Positions 20,870 to 29,221 are shown, counted from the first letter of the stretch. The stretch: 64,000 nt of DNA from Polyangia bacterium (GCA_036268875.1 DATATI010000034.1:25875-89874), one strand, 5' to 3'. The notes: generated from the letters alone by a model not told the origin. Numbers and translations: made by a program.

Positions 20870-21565
20870 ATGGGTCTGGATCTGCGCGATCTGCTGAGAG
20901 GAGACATCCGCCTGCACCCCCGGGTGGTACAGCAATCGCTGTTCGGAAAGCCCGAGGATCGCCAGCGCCTGGCCTCGGCGTTGCCCCCGCTGGTGCCGTT
21001 CGGCAACGCCCAGTACGCGGGGGCCGATTGGATCTTGGACTGGGACCATCGACTGCCCTCTCGGCAGGCGGTCCTCCGGCTGTTCGCTTTTTACTCGGCC
21101 GAGCGGCGCAAAGAATTTCTCGACGGACACGAGGCCCGCCAGCGCGAGATCGCCAGCCAGGATCTGTTTCCCGAGTTCGACGTCCCCGACTTCGTCAAGT
21201 TGCCGGCGGACGAGGTCTACGAGACCGAGATGGATTTGAAGGGCAGCCCGGCGCGCCTGCGCCTGGTCAGCGAGTGGCGGCGCGAGATTGATCCTGGGCA
21301 AGGCAACCGCGCGGTGGAGATCGTCCGCAACTCGGAGCCGTTCAAGACGCTGAAGGCGCAGGCGAAGATCCGCGCGCCCGGATTGGGCGAGCTGGAGCCG
21401 GCCGAATGGTCGCCGCCGTGCGAGAGTGGCCACGTGCGCTGGGGCATCGACGTCTGGTATCTGCTGACGTTCAACGGCATGGTCGGCGAAGGGCGGGCGT
21501 TCCTGGTCGATCTCGAGGATCGTTCGGTGGTGCGCGAACGCGATTTTCAATTTCGCGCCGGCTAG
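20870..21565 (+). CDS. hypothetical protein
   Basis: ORF divergent from aminotransferase; start set at MGLDLRD; no recognisable domain. Confidence 0.4.
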   Translation: MGLDLRDLLRGDIRLHPRVVQQSLFGKPEDRQRLASALPPLVPFGNAQYAGADWILDWDHRLPSRQAVLRLFAFYSAERRKEFLDGHEARQREIASQDLFPEFDVPDFVKLPADEVYETEMDLKGSPARLRLVSEWRREIDPGQGNRAVEIVRNSEPFKTLKAQAKIRAPGLGELEPAEWSPPCESGHVRWGIDVWYLLTFNGMVGEGRAFLVDLEDRSVVRERDFQFRAG

Positions 21566-21572
21566 CGGCCGT

Positions 21573-22409
21573 TCAGGCAGCCAGAAGACCGTCGGCCAGC
21601 CATTGCCCGAGCCAGGTCGAGCCAAGGCGGGCGGCGTCCTCGGCGTCGCGCGTCTGGCTCAGGCGTTCGCAGAGAACACCGAAGGAAAGACCAGGCTGGA
21701 TCAAACGGATCGCCTCCTCCTCGGCGGCGTCGACCAGGCGGTGATAGACGGTGGTCTCGCGGCGCCAGACCAAGAAGGTGGCCGGTTGTTGGCGGACCAG
21801 CGCCTGCGGCGGCAGCGGCGCGGCGGCCAGCACCGCGGACCAGACGTCATCGATGGCGTGCACGGAGGGAACCAGCTCGTGCGCGGCGATCGGTTGCAGG
21901 ATCAGGGTGGCGAAGGCCTCGGGCGGCAACGTTTGAAGCTGCTGCCGCGTCAGCGGTGATTGATCGACGCGGTCAAAGACGTCGAGACGCGCCCATTCCA
22001 GCGCCGCCAGCTCGCCCAGCCAAGGACGATCGCCGGCCAGGGAATGCCCAGCGGCGAAAAGCGGCAAGTACCGGCCCACCTCGCGCAGCGATGGATGACG
22101 AGACCGGTGCGCCAACAGATAGTCGGTGATGAGATTGTGAAAGCCGGTCTCGTCCAGCGCCGCCGACGTGGCCGGAAAGTACTGCGCCAGCGTGTCGCGG
22201 ATTCGGTAGAAGTACATGTTGGCGTAGATATCCAGGCGCTCGACGGCGGAGGCGCGGTGGTCACCTTGAATGATCGCCGCCAATTGCTCGGCGCTGGCGC
22301 CGTCAGCGGCGAGGCCAGCGGCCACCCCTTCCGGCGCAGTGATCAGCGAGAAGAACTGCCGTTCGATCGCGGCCAGCATCGGCCGATCGGGCGCGTCACC
22401 CCGCCGCAT
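21573..22409 (-). CDS. DUF2063 (putative DNA-binding domain) protein, MNIO partner (BufC/MbnC-like)
   Basis: YFYRIRDTLAQYFP...FHNLITDYLLAHRS...REVGRYLPLF typical of DUF2063; 14-nt overlap with upstream DUF692 gene (alternative ATG at 22379). Confidence 0.75.
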   Translation of the reverse strand: MRRGDAPDRPMLAAIERQFFSLITAPEGVAAGLAADGASAEQLAAIIQGDHRASAVERLDIYANMYFYRIRDTLAQYFPATSAALDETGFHNLITDYLLAHRSRHPSLREVGRYLPLFAAGHSLAGDRPWLGELAALEWARLDVFDRVDQSPLTRQQLQTLPPEAFATLILQPIAAHELVPSVHAIDDVWSAVLAAAPLPPQALVRQQPATFLVWRRETTVYHRLVDAAEEEAIRLIQPGLSFGVLCERLSQTRDAEDAARLGSTWLGQWLADGLLAA

Positions 22410-23274
22410 GACTGACCGCTGGCGCGACCAGCAACGCCGCTCCGTTCGGCGCGGCTAGCAGCGCCGTTTCGATGCCAGCGGCGCGCCGCGATTCCTCCAC
22501 CACACGTTCGAGTGGCGGGATGTGATCGTCCCATTCGATCAGCGTCGACACCCGCCCGAACCGCCGCAGCGCCTGCCGGTAGAGGTCCCAGACGCCGTCG
22601 CAAACCGGGTGATCGTGGGTGTCCAGCAGCAGCTCGCCCGCCGTGCTGTGCCCAGCCAGATGAATCTGTCCCACCCGAGCAAGAGGAATTCCGGCGATGA
22701 ACGCCGCCGGATCGAAACCGTGGTTGTGGGCACTGACAAAGATGTTGTTCACGTCCAAAAGAACGCCGCAGTCGGCGCGCTGACAAAGCGCCGCCAAAAA
22801 CTCCCATTCGGTCATGGCCGACTGACAAAAGCTGACGTAGCTGGAGACGTTTTCCACCAGGATCCGTCTTTTGAGTCGATCCTGCACCCGCTGTACGCGC
22901 TCGGCGACGTGGTGCAAAGCCTCTTCAGTGTAAGGCAGAGGCAAAAGGTCGTGGGCGTAGTGCCCGCCCAGACTGCCCCAGCACAAATGATCGGAGATCA
23001 GCTCCGGTTGCACCTCAGCTGCCAGGTCTGCCAGCCCGTTCAAATAATCGCCGTTGATTGGGTCAACCGACCCCAGTGACAGCGAAACCCCGTGCATCAC
23101 CACCGGCGACCGCCCGCGAATTTCTCGCAACACCCGCCGCGGATTTCCCCCCGCCACCAGGAAATTGTCAGAAATAACTTCAAACCAATCCACCACCGGC
23201 GGCTGTTCCAGCACCGCCTGGTAATGCTCTGTGCGCAACCCAATCCCGTGTCCCAAATAAGGAAACAAATTCAT
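22396..23274 (-). CDS. DUF692 family multinuclear non-heme iron oxidase (MNIO; MbnB/BufB-like)
   Basis: MNLFPYLGHGIGLR..., VVMHGVSLSLGS, TIM-barrel (xylose-isomerase-like) pattern of DUF692; ATG 23274 with AGAGGGA RBS preferred over track GTG at 23313. Confidence 0.85.
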   Translation of the reverse strand: MNLFPYLGHGIGLRTEHYQAVLEQPPVVDWFEVISDNFLVAGGNPRRVLREIRGRSPVVMHGVSLSLGSVDPINGDYLNGLADLAAEVQPELISDHLCWGSLGGHYAHDLLPLPYTEEALHHVAERVQRVQDRLKRRILVENVSSYVSFCQSAMTEWEFLAALCQRADCGVLLDVNNIFVSAHNHGFDPAAFIAGIPLARVGQIHLAGHSTAGELLLDTHDHPVCDGVWDLYRQALRRFGRVSTLIEWDDHIPPLERVVEESRRAAGIETALLAAPNGAALLVAPAVSHAAG

Positions 23275-23290
23275 TCCCTCTTTAGGCCGA

Positions 23291-23333
23291 CTATTTTCAC
23301 CAATGACATCCACTTATTCATCCAATGACATCC
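23291..23333 (-). promoter_or_regulatory. 22-bp tandem direct repeat (2 units, core GGATGTCATTGG) upstream of MNIO start; candidate regulator binding site / internal promoter
   Basis: ccaatgacatcc occurs twice 22 nt apart on plus strand in an AT-richer patch 17-60 nt upstream of ATG 23274. Confidence 0.4.
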
Positions 23334-23412
23334 GATTGCCGCGCCTCAATTCCCATCCAGGAGGCCGAGCTCCGCTCGGCCGGCCCACCTTGCGCGAGGC
23401 GTTGGGTGGGCC

Positions 23413-23436
23413 CGCGGGAGGGCGAGCCCTCCCGCG
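23413..23436 (-). terminator. stable GC hairpin (11-bp stem) between precursor and MNIO genes; candidate attenuator / partial terminator
   Basis: cgcgggagggc-ga-gccctcccgcg perfect inverted repeat 12 nt 3' of precursor stop. Confidence 0.4.
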
Positions 23437-23447
23437 TAGCGAGCCCG

Positions 23448-23702
23448 TTATTTCGCCGCCGCGACTTTCCCGCCCTTGTCCTTGCACTCTTTGTCGCTCA
23501 TCTCCACCCAACCCTTGCCTTTGCAGCCGTTCTTGCCGGCGCAAGAATTGGCGGACGAATGGCAGCCACCTTTGCCCTTGCAAGCGTTGACACCCTCACA
23601 ATGCACCTTGCCGCCCTCGGCGGCGCTGGCGATGACAGGCGCCGCGGTGGCGAACAATCCGGCGGCAAGAGCGACAACCAAGGTACCTTTCGTGCTGATC
23701 AT
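23448..23702 (-). CDS. RiPP precursor: Sec-signal, six-Cys bufferin-like peptide (BUF_6/12Cys-like)
   Basis: 84 aa; signal peptide MISTKGTLVVALAAGLFATAAPVIASA|AE; core HCEGVNACKGKGGCHSSANSCAGKNGCKGKGWVEMSDKECKDKGG with repeated CxGxN(A/G)CKGKG; GGAGA RBS; first gene of MNIO cassette. Confidence 0.8.
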   Translation of the reverse strand: MISTKGTLVVALAAGLFATAAPVIASAAEGGKVHCEGVNACKGKGGCHSSANSCAGKNGCKGKGWVEMSDKECKDKGGKVAAAK

Positions 23703-23746
23703 TGATTCTCTCCTTTGGGGATTTTCTCAGGTGTTCGGCTATTGCT

Positions 23747-23772
23747 ACGCCGAAACCGGGAGCCCGTTACGA
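23747..23772 (-). promoter_or_regulatory. candidate ECF-sigma-type promoter (GTAAC-N16-CGTA) upstream of precursor gene
   Basis: Minus-strand reading cGTAACgggctcccggtttcggCGTAgc about 45-70 nt upstream of start; by analogy with my recollection of the Caulobacter SigF -35 GTAACC motif; weak. Confidence 0.2.
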
Positions 23773-23905
23773 TAAACCTCCGTCATAAACAGCGCCAACC
23801 CCAATGACGACCTGCAATATTTCGCTTTCCGCTACCAAATCTGAAACATGGCGTAAGATTACGGCAGGAATCGTTGCCCGCGGGTCACTAACCGCAGGAG
23901 TCAAC

Positions 23906-25132
23906 ATGCGAAGCTTTCGCGCAGTTCCTGGCTTCCTAGGCCTGATAGTTTTGGCCGTTGGGTGCAACTCCCCGGAGGGGTTTCACGGCATCGGTGCGGA
24001 CGGTGGCGCACCCACCGGCAGCGGCGGCATCGGCGTTGGCGCCGGCACCGGCGGCGATGACGGCACCGGTGGACTGGGCGGCAGCGGCGGATTGTTCGGC
24101 AGCGGCGGCACGGGCGGCGGCGGCACGGGCGGCAGCGGCACCGGCGGCGCTGGCGGCGACGGATCGGGCGGCGGCGGCGTCGACGCTCCGATGGACGTCT
24201 CCATCGACCAGAGGGCGGACGCCGGCGCGGATGCGCCCGCGATCAGCGACGCGCGCGACACCGCCGCCGACAGCGGATCGCAGGTGCTGACCTTCCAGAA
24301 CTATTGCTTGCGCGCGCACTGGACCGCCACCGCGTCGCTGCAGCCGGACCTGGCCATCAACGCCATCGACGGCGATGCCGTCACCATGTGGGCGACGGCG
24401 GCGCCGCAGACACCGAACGAGTATTTGCAGGTCGATCTCGGCGGGCCGACCCGCCTGACCCAGATCGTCCTCGACAACAGCGCCGGCAATCAGACCGACT
24501 ACCCGCGGGCGTACACCGTCGTGGGCTCCGCCGACGGCAATTCGTTTCCCACCACGATGGCCAGCGTCGGTCAAACACCGGCCGGCGCGCTCACCACCAT
24601 CAGCTTCAACGCGGTCACGGTGCGCGCCTTCCGCATCATCCAAGCCAACTCTGACCCGACGTTCTGGTGGACGGTGCACGAGCTGCGCCTCGGCTGCCAG
24701 CCTGCCACCGCGCCACCGGCCGGTGCCTTCGATCCGTTCGATCCCAGCCAGTGGATCGTGACCGCGTCGTCCAACGTGGGCGGAGAAGGGCCGAGCAATG
24801 CCATCGACGGAGACTTCACCACGCGCTGGACGTCTGGTGCGCACCAGCAGGGCAGCGAGTATTTCATGGTGGACATGGGCGCACCGACCACCATCAGCCA
24901 GGTGTGGATGACCACCCGTCAAAGCCCGAATGATTTTGCCACTCAGTACGCGCTGGACGTGTCGACCAACGGCACCACGTTCTCCACCGTGGCCACGGGC
25001 GCCGGCGCCATCGTCACCAAGATCGTCGTTTCGCCAGTCAAGGCGCGCTATGTGAAGATCCGCCAGACCGGCCAGACGGACCCCAACATCGGCAGCTGGT
25101 GGTCGTTCGACGAGCTGACCATTCGCCCGTGA
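23906..25132 (+). CDS. lipoprotein with Gly-rich linker and two F5/8 type C (discoidin) domains
   Basis: Signal + lipobox (LAVGCNSP), GTGG linker, duplicated discoidin-like modules (HWTATAS...NAIDGD..TMW and NAIDGDFTTRWTSG); start at MRSF. Confidence 0.7.
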   Translation: MRSFRAVPGFLGLIVLAVGCNSPEGFHGIGADGGAPTGSGGIGVGAGTGGDDGTGGLGGSGGLFGSGGTGGGGTGGSGTGGAGGDGSGGGGVDAPMDVSIDQRADAGADAPAISDARDTAADSGSQVLTFQNYCLRAHWTATASLQPDLAINAIDGDAVTMWATAAPQTPNEYLQVDLGGPTRLTQIVLDNSAGNQTDYPRAYTVVGSADGNSFPTTMASVGQTPAGALTTISFNAVTVRAFRIIQANSDPTFWWTVHELRLGCQPATAPPAGAFDPFDPSQWIVTASSNVGGEGPSNAIDGDFTTRWTSGAHQQGSEYFMVDMGAPTTISQVWMTTRQSPNDFATQYALDVSTNGTTFSTVATGAGAIVTKIVVSPVKARYVKIRQTGQTDPNIGSWWSFDELTIRP

Positions 25133-25156
25133 CGGCGGCCGCCCGCCGCGATCCCC

Positions 25157-25588
25157 TCAGCGGCTCCAGCCGCGTTCGTTCTTGAACAGGTGCGCCAGCG
25201 CCTGGCTGAGGCCGTCCAGGCCCGGCTTGAAGAACACCGGCGCGTCGATGCTGACGCCGATCATCGTGTCGTTCGACGACGTCACGCCAAAGCGAGCGAT
25301 GTCGCGATCGACCTCGCTTCGGCGGAGCGCGCGCAAGACGCGTTCGCCGGAACGGTTGGCCATGTCCAGATCGCCGATGATCAAGCCTGGTCGCTCCTCG
25401 TGAAGGGCCGTGGTCACTTCCGTTTCGGTCTTGGCGCAACGAACGCCATAGCCTTCCTCGATGGCCAATTCCATCAGGAAGTCACGCAATTCAGGATCGT
25501 CGCTGACGACCAGGACGGAGGCAGGAACCCTCCCGGTCGGCGGCGCCGGTGTTCCTCCGGTCGGCAAGAGCGTCACCAGCATCTCCAA
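25157..25588 (-). CDS. single-domain response regulator (receiver)
   Basis: SVLVVSDDPELRDFL...GLIIGDLDMANRSG...FFKPGLD receiver pattern; true start probably internal. Confidence 0.65.
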   Translation of the reverse strand: MEMLVTLLPTGGTPAPPTGRVPASVLVVSDDPELRDFLMELAIEEGYGVRCAKTETEVTTALHEERPGLIIGDLDMANRSGERVLRALRRSEVDRDIARFGVTSSNDTMIGVSIDAPVFFKPGLDGLSQALAHLFKNERGWSR

Positions 25589-25711
25589 TCAGGATAGCGG
25601 CCTTATGTTTCAGGCTTTTTTCCGCGGCGCCACTATTGGGTAAAATCTTTGGGATTGCCCGGGGCCTCCTCCACCCTTGCGGACCCGCGGGGCTGCGGCA
25701 ACAATCCCTCC

Positions 25712-26878
25712 ATGAAAAGAACCTTACTGACCCTGGCGGCAGTTTTTCTGGTCGGCTGCGGCGATAAATCGCCGGGCATCCAGGACAGCGGCACGCCCGG
25801 CACGGGCGACGACGCCAGCGCGACCGGCGATGGCAGCCCCACCGACGATGGCGGCGATGTCAGCCTGGCCGGCGATTCGGCGTTTCCTTTCGACACCGCG
25901 CCGGGCATGCCCCTCGATGTACCGGCCGGCCAGTGGACCTGGGTCGACTTCCCCGATTCGACCTGCGACGAGGGCTCGCCGACCGGGATCGCCGTCAGCC
26001 CCGGCGACGCCGGCAAGCTGCTGATCTTCTTCGAAGGCGGCGGCGCCTGCTGGGACGCGCTGACCTGTTTCGGGCTGAACACGGCGGTGCACGGACCGTT
26101 CGGCCAGGCGCAGTGGGCCGCTCAAGCTGCGACCATCACAACGTCCAGCATTCTGGATCGCACCCTGGCCGGCAATCCCTTCGCCGGATACGGGCTGGTG
26201 TTCGTACCCTACTGCACGGGCGATTTACACGCCGGCAACAACGTCGCCACCTACGACGTGGCTGGCCAGGCCACGCCGTATCACCATCAAGGCGCAGCCA
26301 ACGTGGCGGCGTACCTGGCCCGCATCGCGCCCACCTGGGCCAACGCCACCGACGTGGTGATCAGCGGCAGCAGCGCCGGTGGTTTCGGCGCGCTGATGAA
26401 CTACGAACCGATCCGCGCCCACTTTCCTAGCGCCAAGATGATCATGATCGACGATTCCGGTCCGCCGTTGGCGGGCACGTCGATCCCGGCCAGCGAACGG
26501 ATGGCCTGGTACGCGCAGTGGCATGTCGGCGATCTCATCGATCCGCAGTGCGCGGACTGCAAGGACGACGTGTCCCACTTACCGGCCGCCGTGGCGGCGA
26601 AATATCCGAATGATCGAATGGCCCTGCTGTCGTCGCTGCAGGATCAGACCATCCGAACCTATTTCATGCTGACGGCGGACGGGATGCAGGCGGCGTTGCA
26701 GTCGCTGAAGACGGACCAGCTGGATCCGCTGCCCAACTTTCACACCTTCTTCGTCTCCGGCCAGACGCACACGATGCTGGGCAACCCTGGCAGCTTCATG
26801 GTCGGCGGCACATCGCTTTTGTCCTGGCTCGGGCAGATGGCCAGCGGTGATGCCGCCTGGATGTCCGTCGGTCCGTAA
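25712..26878 (+). CDS. secreted lipoprotein, pectin acetylesterase / Notum-like alpha/beta hydrolase family
   Basis: Lipobox LVGCGD; PAE-family landmarks FFEGGGACWDALTC, YCTGDLHAG, SGSSAGGFGA (nucleophile Ser); start at MKRTLL. Confidence 0.55.
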   Translation: MKRTLLTLAAVFLVGCGDKSPGIQDSGTPGTGDDASATGDGSPTDDGGDVSLAGDSAFPFDTAPGMPLDVPAGQWTWVDFPDSTCDEGSPTGIAVSPGDAGKLLIFFEGGGACWDALTCFGLNTAVHGPFGQAQWAAQAATITTSSILDRTLAGNPFAGYGLVFVPYCTGDLHAGNNVATYDVAGQATPYHHQGAANVAAYLARIAPTWANATDVVISGSSAGGFGALMNYEPIRAHFPSAKMIMIDDSGPPLAGTSIPASERMAWYAQWHVGDLIDPQCADCKDDVSHLPAAVAAKYPNDRMALLSSLQDQTIRTYFMLTADGMQAALQSLKTDQLDPLPNFHTFFVSGQTHTMLGNPGSFMVGGTSLLSWLGQMASGDAAWMSVGP

Positions 26879-26902
26879 GCGCACTCGCGCCGCTGATCGT
26901 GC

Positions 26903-27310
26903 TCAGCCGGCGATCTTGAGCTCGGTCGCGATGGAGATCCCGGCCTTCAACGTTCGGGTCACCGGCGTCTTGTCGCAGATCTCCGCCAGGCGGGTGCGCT
27001 GCTCGTCGGACAGGGGCGCGCTGCAGGTGACGATGCGTTCGATCTGATCGCCTTCGCCTTCCTTGCCCTTGAACATGCGCAGCGCGACCTCGACCTGACC
27101 GAGCGTCCAGCCCTTGCGCGTGGCGTACATCTGCAGCGTGATCGACGTGCACGCGCCCAGCGACGCCAGCAGCAGCGCGTACGGCGCCGGACCAGCGTCG
27201 GTGCCGCCGTTGCTGGTCGGCTCGTCGGCGGTCAGCGTGTGGGCGCCGGCCTGGATCCGTTGCCTGTAACCGGCGCCGCTCACCACCTGAACGCTGGCGA
27301 TCGCTGTCAT
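26903..27310 (-). CDS. OsmC/Ohr family peroxiredoxin-like protein
   Basis: 135 aa from MTAIASV; two conserved Cys (LGACTSITL...VTCSAPL) in OsmC spacing. Confidence 0.75.
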   Translation of the reverse strand: MTAIASVQVVSGAGYRQRIQAGAHTLTADEPTSNGGTDAGPAPYALLLASLGACTSITLQMYATRKGWTLGQVEVALRMFKGKEGEGDQIERIVTCSAPLSDEQRTRLAEICDKTPVTRTLKAGISIATELKIAG

Positions 27311-27389
27311 GCGCGACACCCTACCGCGTCCGCCTGGCCGACGCAGCGACGAAGGCCAAGGTAGCGGCGGGCTGCTAGTATCCGCCGCC

Positions 27390-28415
27390 GTGGATTTCGC
27401 CATCGAGACGCGCGCCCTGCGCAAGGTCTACCGCGTGCCCAAGCCCAGCAGACGGCGCGGCGGCGCGGGCGGACCCATCCGGCCGCCGATGATGCCGCCA
27501 GCCTCGGTGTCCGTGACCGGCGGCGAGGTGGTCGCCCTCGAATCCCTGGATCTCAGCGTCCGGCAGGGCGAGTTCTTCGGCCTGCTTGGTCCGAACGGCG
27601 CGGGCAAGACCACCACCATCGGCATTCTCACCACGCGCGTGCTGCCGTCGGCTGGCCGGGCCTTCATCGCCGGTCAGGACGTGGTGGCGGCCGCGGTGTC
27701 GGTGCGCCAGCGCATCGGCGTGGTGCCGCAGCGGCCGAACCCAGATCGCGGTTTGTCCGTGCTGGAGAACCTGGTCTTTCACGCGTCGTACTTTGGTTTT
27801 TCGCGCGGCGAATCGCGGACCCGGGCCAGCGAGATTCTGGAGCGCCTGGGTCTGGGCGAGCGCGGCGAATCGCGCGTCGATCAACTGTCGGGCGGCCAGC
27901 AACAGCGCCTGATGATCGCCCGCGCCTTGATTCACCAGCCGCAGGTGATCTTTCTCGACGAGCCGACGGTGGGCCTGGACCCGCAGGCGCGCCTGGCGCT
28001 GTGGGAGATCTTGCGCGGTCTGCACGCCGAAGGTCGCACCATCGTGATGACGACGCACTACATGGAAGAAGCCGAGCAGCTGTGCCAGCGGGTGGCGATC
28101 ATCGATCGCGGACGCTTGCTGGCCTGCGATCCGCCTGATCTCTTGAAGAAGAAAGCGCCGGGCGGCACGCTGATCGATCTGACGCTGGACGGACCCGCCG
28201 CGCCGGTGCTGGCGGCGGCGCGCGCGCTGGCTGGCGTGCTGTCCGCCGAAGCGGCCGGCGTTGCCCTGCGCGTCTATCATCCCCGCGAAGGCGAGGCGCT
28301 GGTGCCGCTTTTGGGCGCGGTGCAGGCGGCGGGTCGAGCGGTCATCAACATCCGGTTGGCCCCGCCCAGCTTGGAAACGCTGTTCGTCTCTCTCACCGGA
28401 AGGAAACTGGATTGA
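27390..28415 (+). CDS. ABC transporter ATP-binding protein (ABC-2 type exporter)
   Basis: Walker A GPNGAGKTT, signature LSGGQQQRL, Walker B IFLDEPTVGLD, H-loop; GTG start at VDFAIE preferred over track start 27309 which overlaps osmC; unusual about 25-aa Pro/Gly-rich insert before Walker A. Confidence 0.8.
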   Translation: MDFAIETRALRKVYRVPKPSRRRGGAGGPIRPPMMPPASVSVTGGEVVALESLDLSVRQGEFFGLLGPNGAGKTTTIGILTTRVLPSAGRAFIAGQDVVAAAVSVRQRIGVVPQRPNPDRGLSVLENLVFHASYFGFSRGESRTRASEILERLGLGERGESRVDQLSGGQQQRLMIARALIHQPQVIFLDEPTVGLDPQARLALWEILRGLHAEGRTIVMTTHYMEEAEQLCQRVAIIDRGRLLACDPPDLLKKKAPGGTLIDLTLDGPAAPVLAAARALAGVLSAEAAGVALRVYHPREGEALVPLLGAVQAAGRAVINIRLAPPSLETLFVSLTGRKLD

Positions 28416-29221
28416 ACCCGCCCGCGCCTTTGCCCGCTCCGCGCCCGGTCGGCGCCGGCCATGTCTTCCTGGCCTTGCTGATGCGCGACGCGGTGGTGGT
28501 GCGCCGCGAGCTGATCTATTTCCTCATGCGCACGGCGATGCAGCCGCTGCTGTTCACCATCGTCTTTGGGTATCTCTTGCCGCGCATGGGCTTCGTCAAT
28601 CGCGGGTATACCTCGGCGCTTTTGCCGGGCGTCCTGGCGGTCAGCCTGGCCCTGGCGGCGGTGCAGTCGGTGGCGCTGCAGATGGTGGCCGATTTTGGTT
28701 TCACCAAAGAGATCGAAGATCGCTTGCTGGCCCCGGTGGCAAGCTGGCTGGTGGCGCTGGAGAAGGTGGTCTCCGGCACCGGGCAAGCGTTGATCGCGGC
28801 GCTGTTCGTGCTGCCGCTGGCGCGCCTCATCATGGGACCCATCGCCGGGCTATCGCTCGGCAACGTGGGCCTCATCATCGTCGTGACGCTGTTCGGAGCG
28901 ACGTCGTTCAGCATGCTGGGGCTTTTCCTGGGCAGCGTGATCGAAGGAACGCAGATCGGTCTGCTTTTCGGGATCGTGGTGGCGCCGATGATCATGTTCG
29001 GCTGCGCGTATTACCCGTGGAAGGGCCTCGACGCTGTGCCGGTGATGAAGTACGCGGTGCTGCTGAACCCGCTGACCTATGTATCGGAAGGCCTGCGCGG
29101 CGTCCTCATCCCCAACCAGCCGCACATGCCAATCCCGATGGTGCTGCTGGCGCTGGCGGCGATCACCGCGCTGTTCTGGCGTCTGGGTCTGCGGACGTTC
29201 ATGAAGCGGGCGGTGGGCTGA
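28412..29221 (+). CDS. ABC-2 family transporter permease
   Basis: 6 predicted TM helices, ABC-2 pattern; 4-nt overlap with ATPase gene. Confidence 0.75.
   Translation: MNPPAPLPAPRPVGAGHVFLALLMRDAVVVRRELIYFLMRTAMQPLLFTIVFGYLLPRMGFVNRGYTSALLPGVLAVSLALAAVQSVALQMVADFGFTKEIEDRLLAPVASWLVALEKVVSGTGQALIAALFVLPLARLIMGPIAGLSLGNVGLIIVVTLFGATSFSMLGLFLGSVIEGTQIGLLFGIVVAPMIMFGCAYYPWKGLDAVPVMKYAVLLNPLTYVSEGLRGVLIPNQPHMPIPMVLLALAAITALFWRLGLRTFMKRAVG

Noticed and set aside
23698-23703. Apparent 1-nt discrepancy between my hand-indexed start codon and the track coordinates (also near 12582 and 13020)
   Set aside because: Most likely my character-counting error on the printed sequence; the track coordinates were used for all CDS. 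It does not indicate real frameshifts.
23983-24261. Gly-rich coding repeats (GGSGG/GTGG) here and at 63700-63960, 35700-36000
   Set aside because: Low-complexity linkers of lipoproteins; not CRISPR, since there are no unique spacers or regularly spaced repeats.
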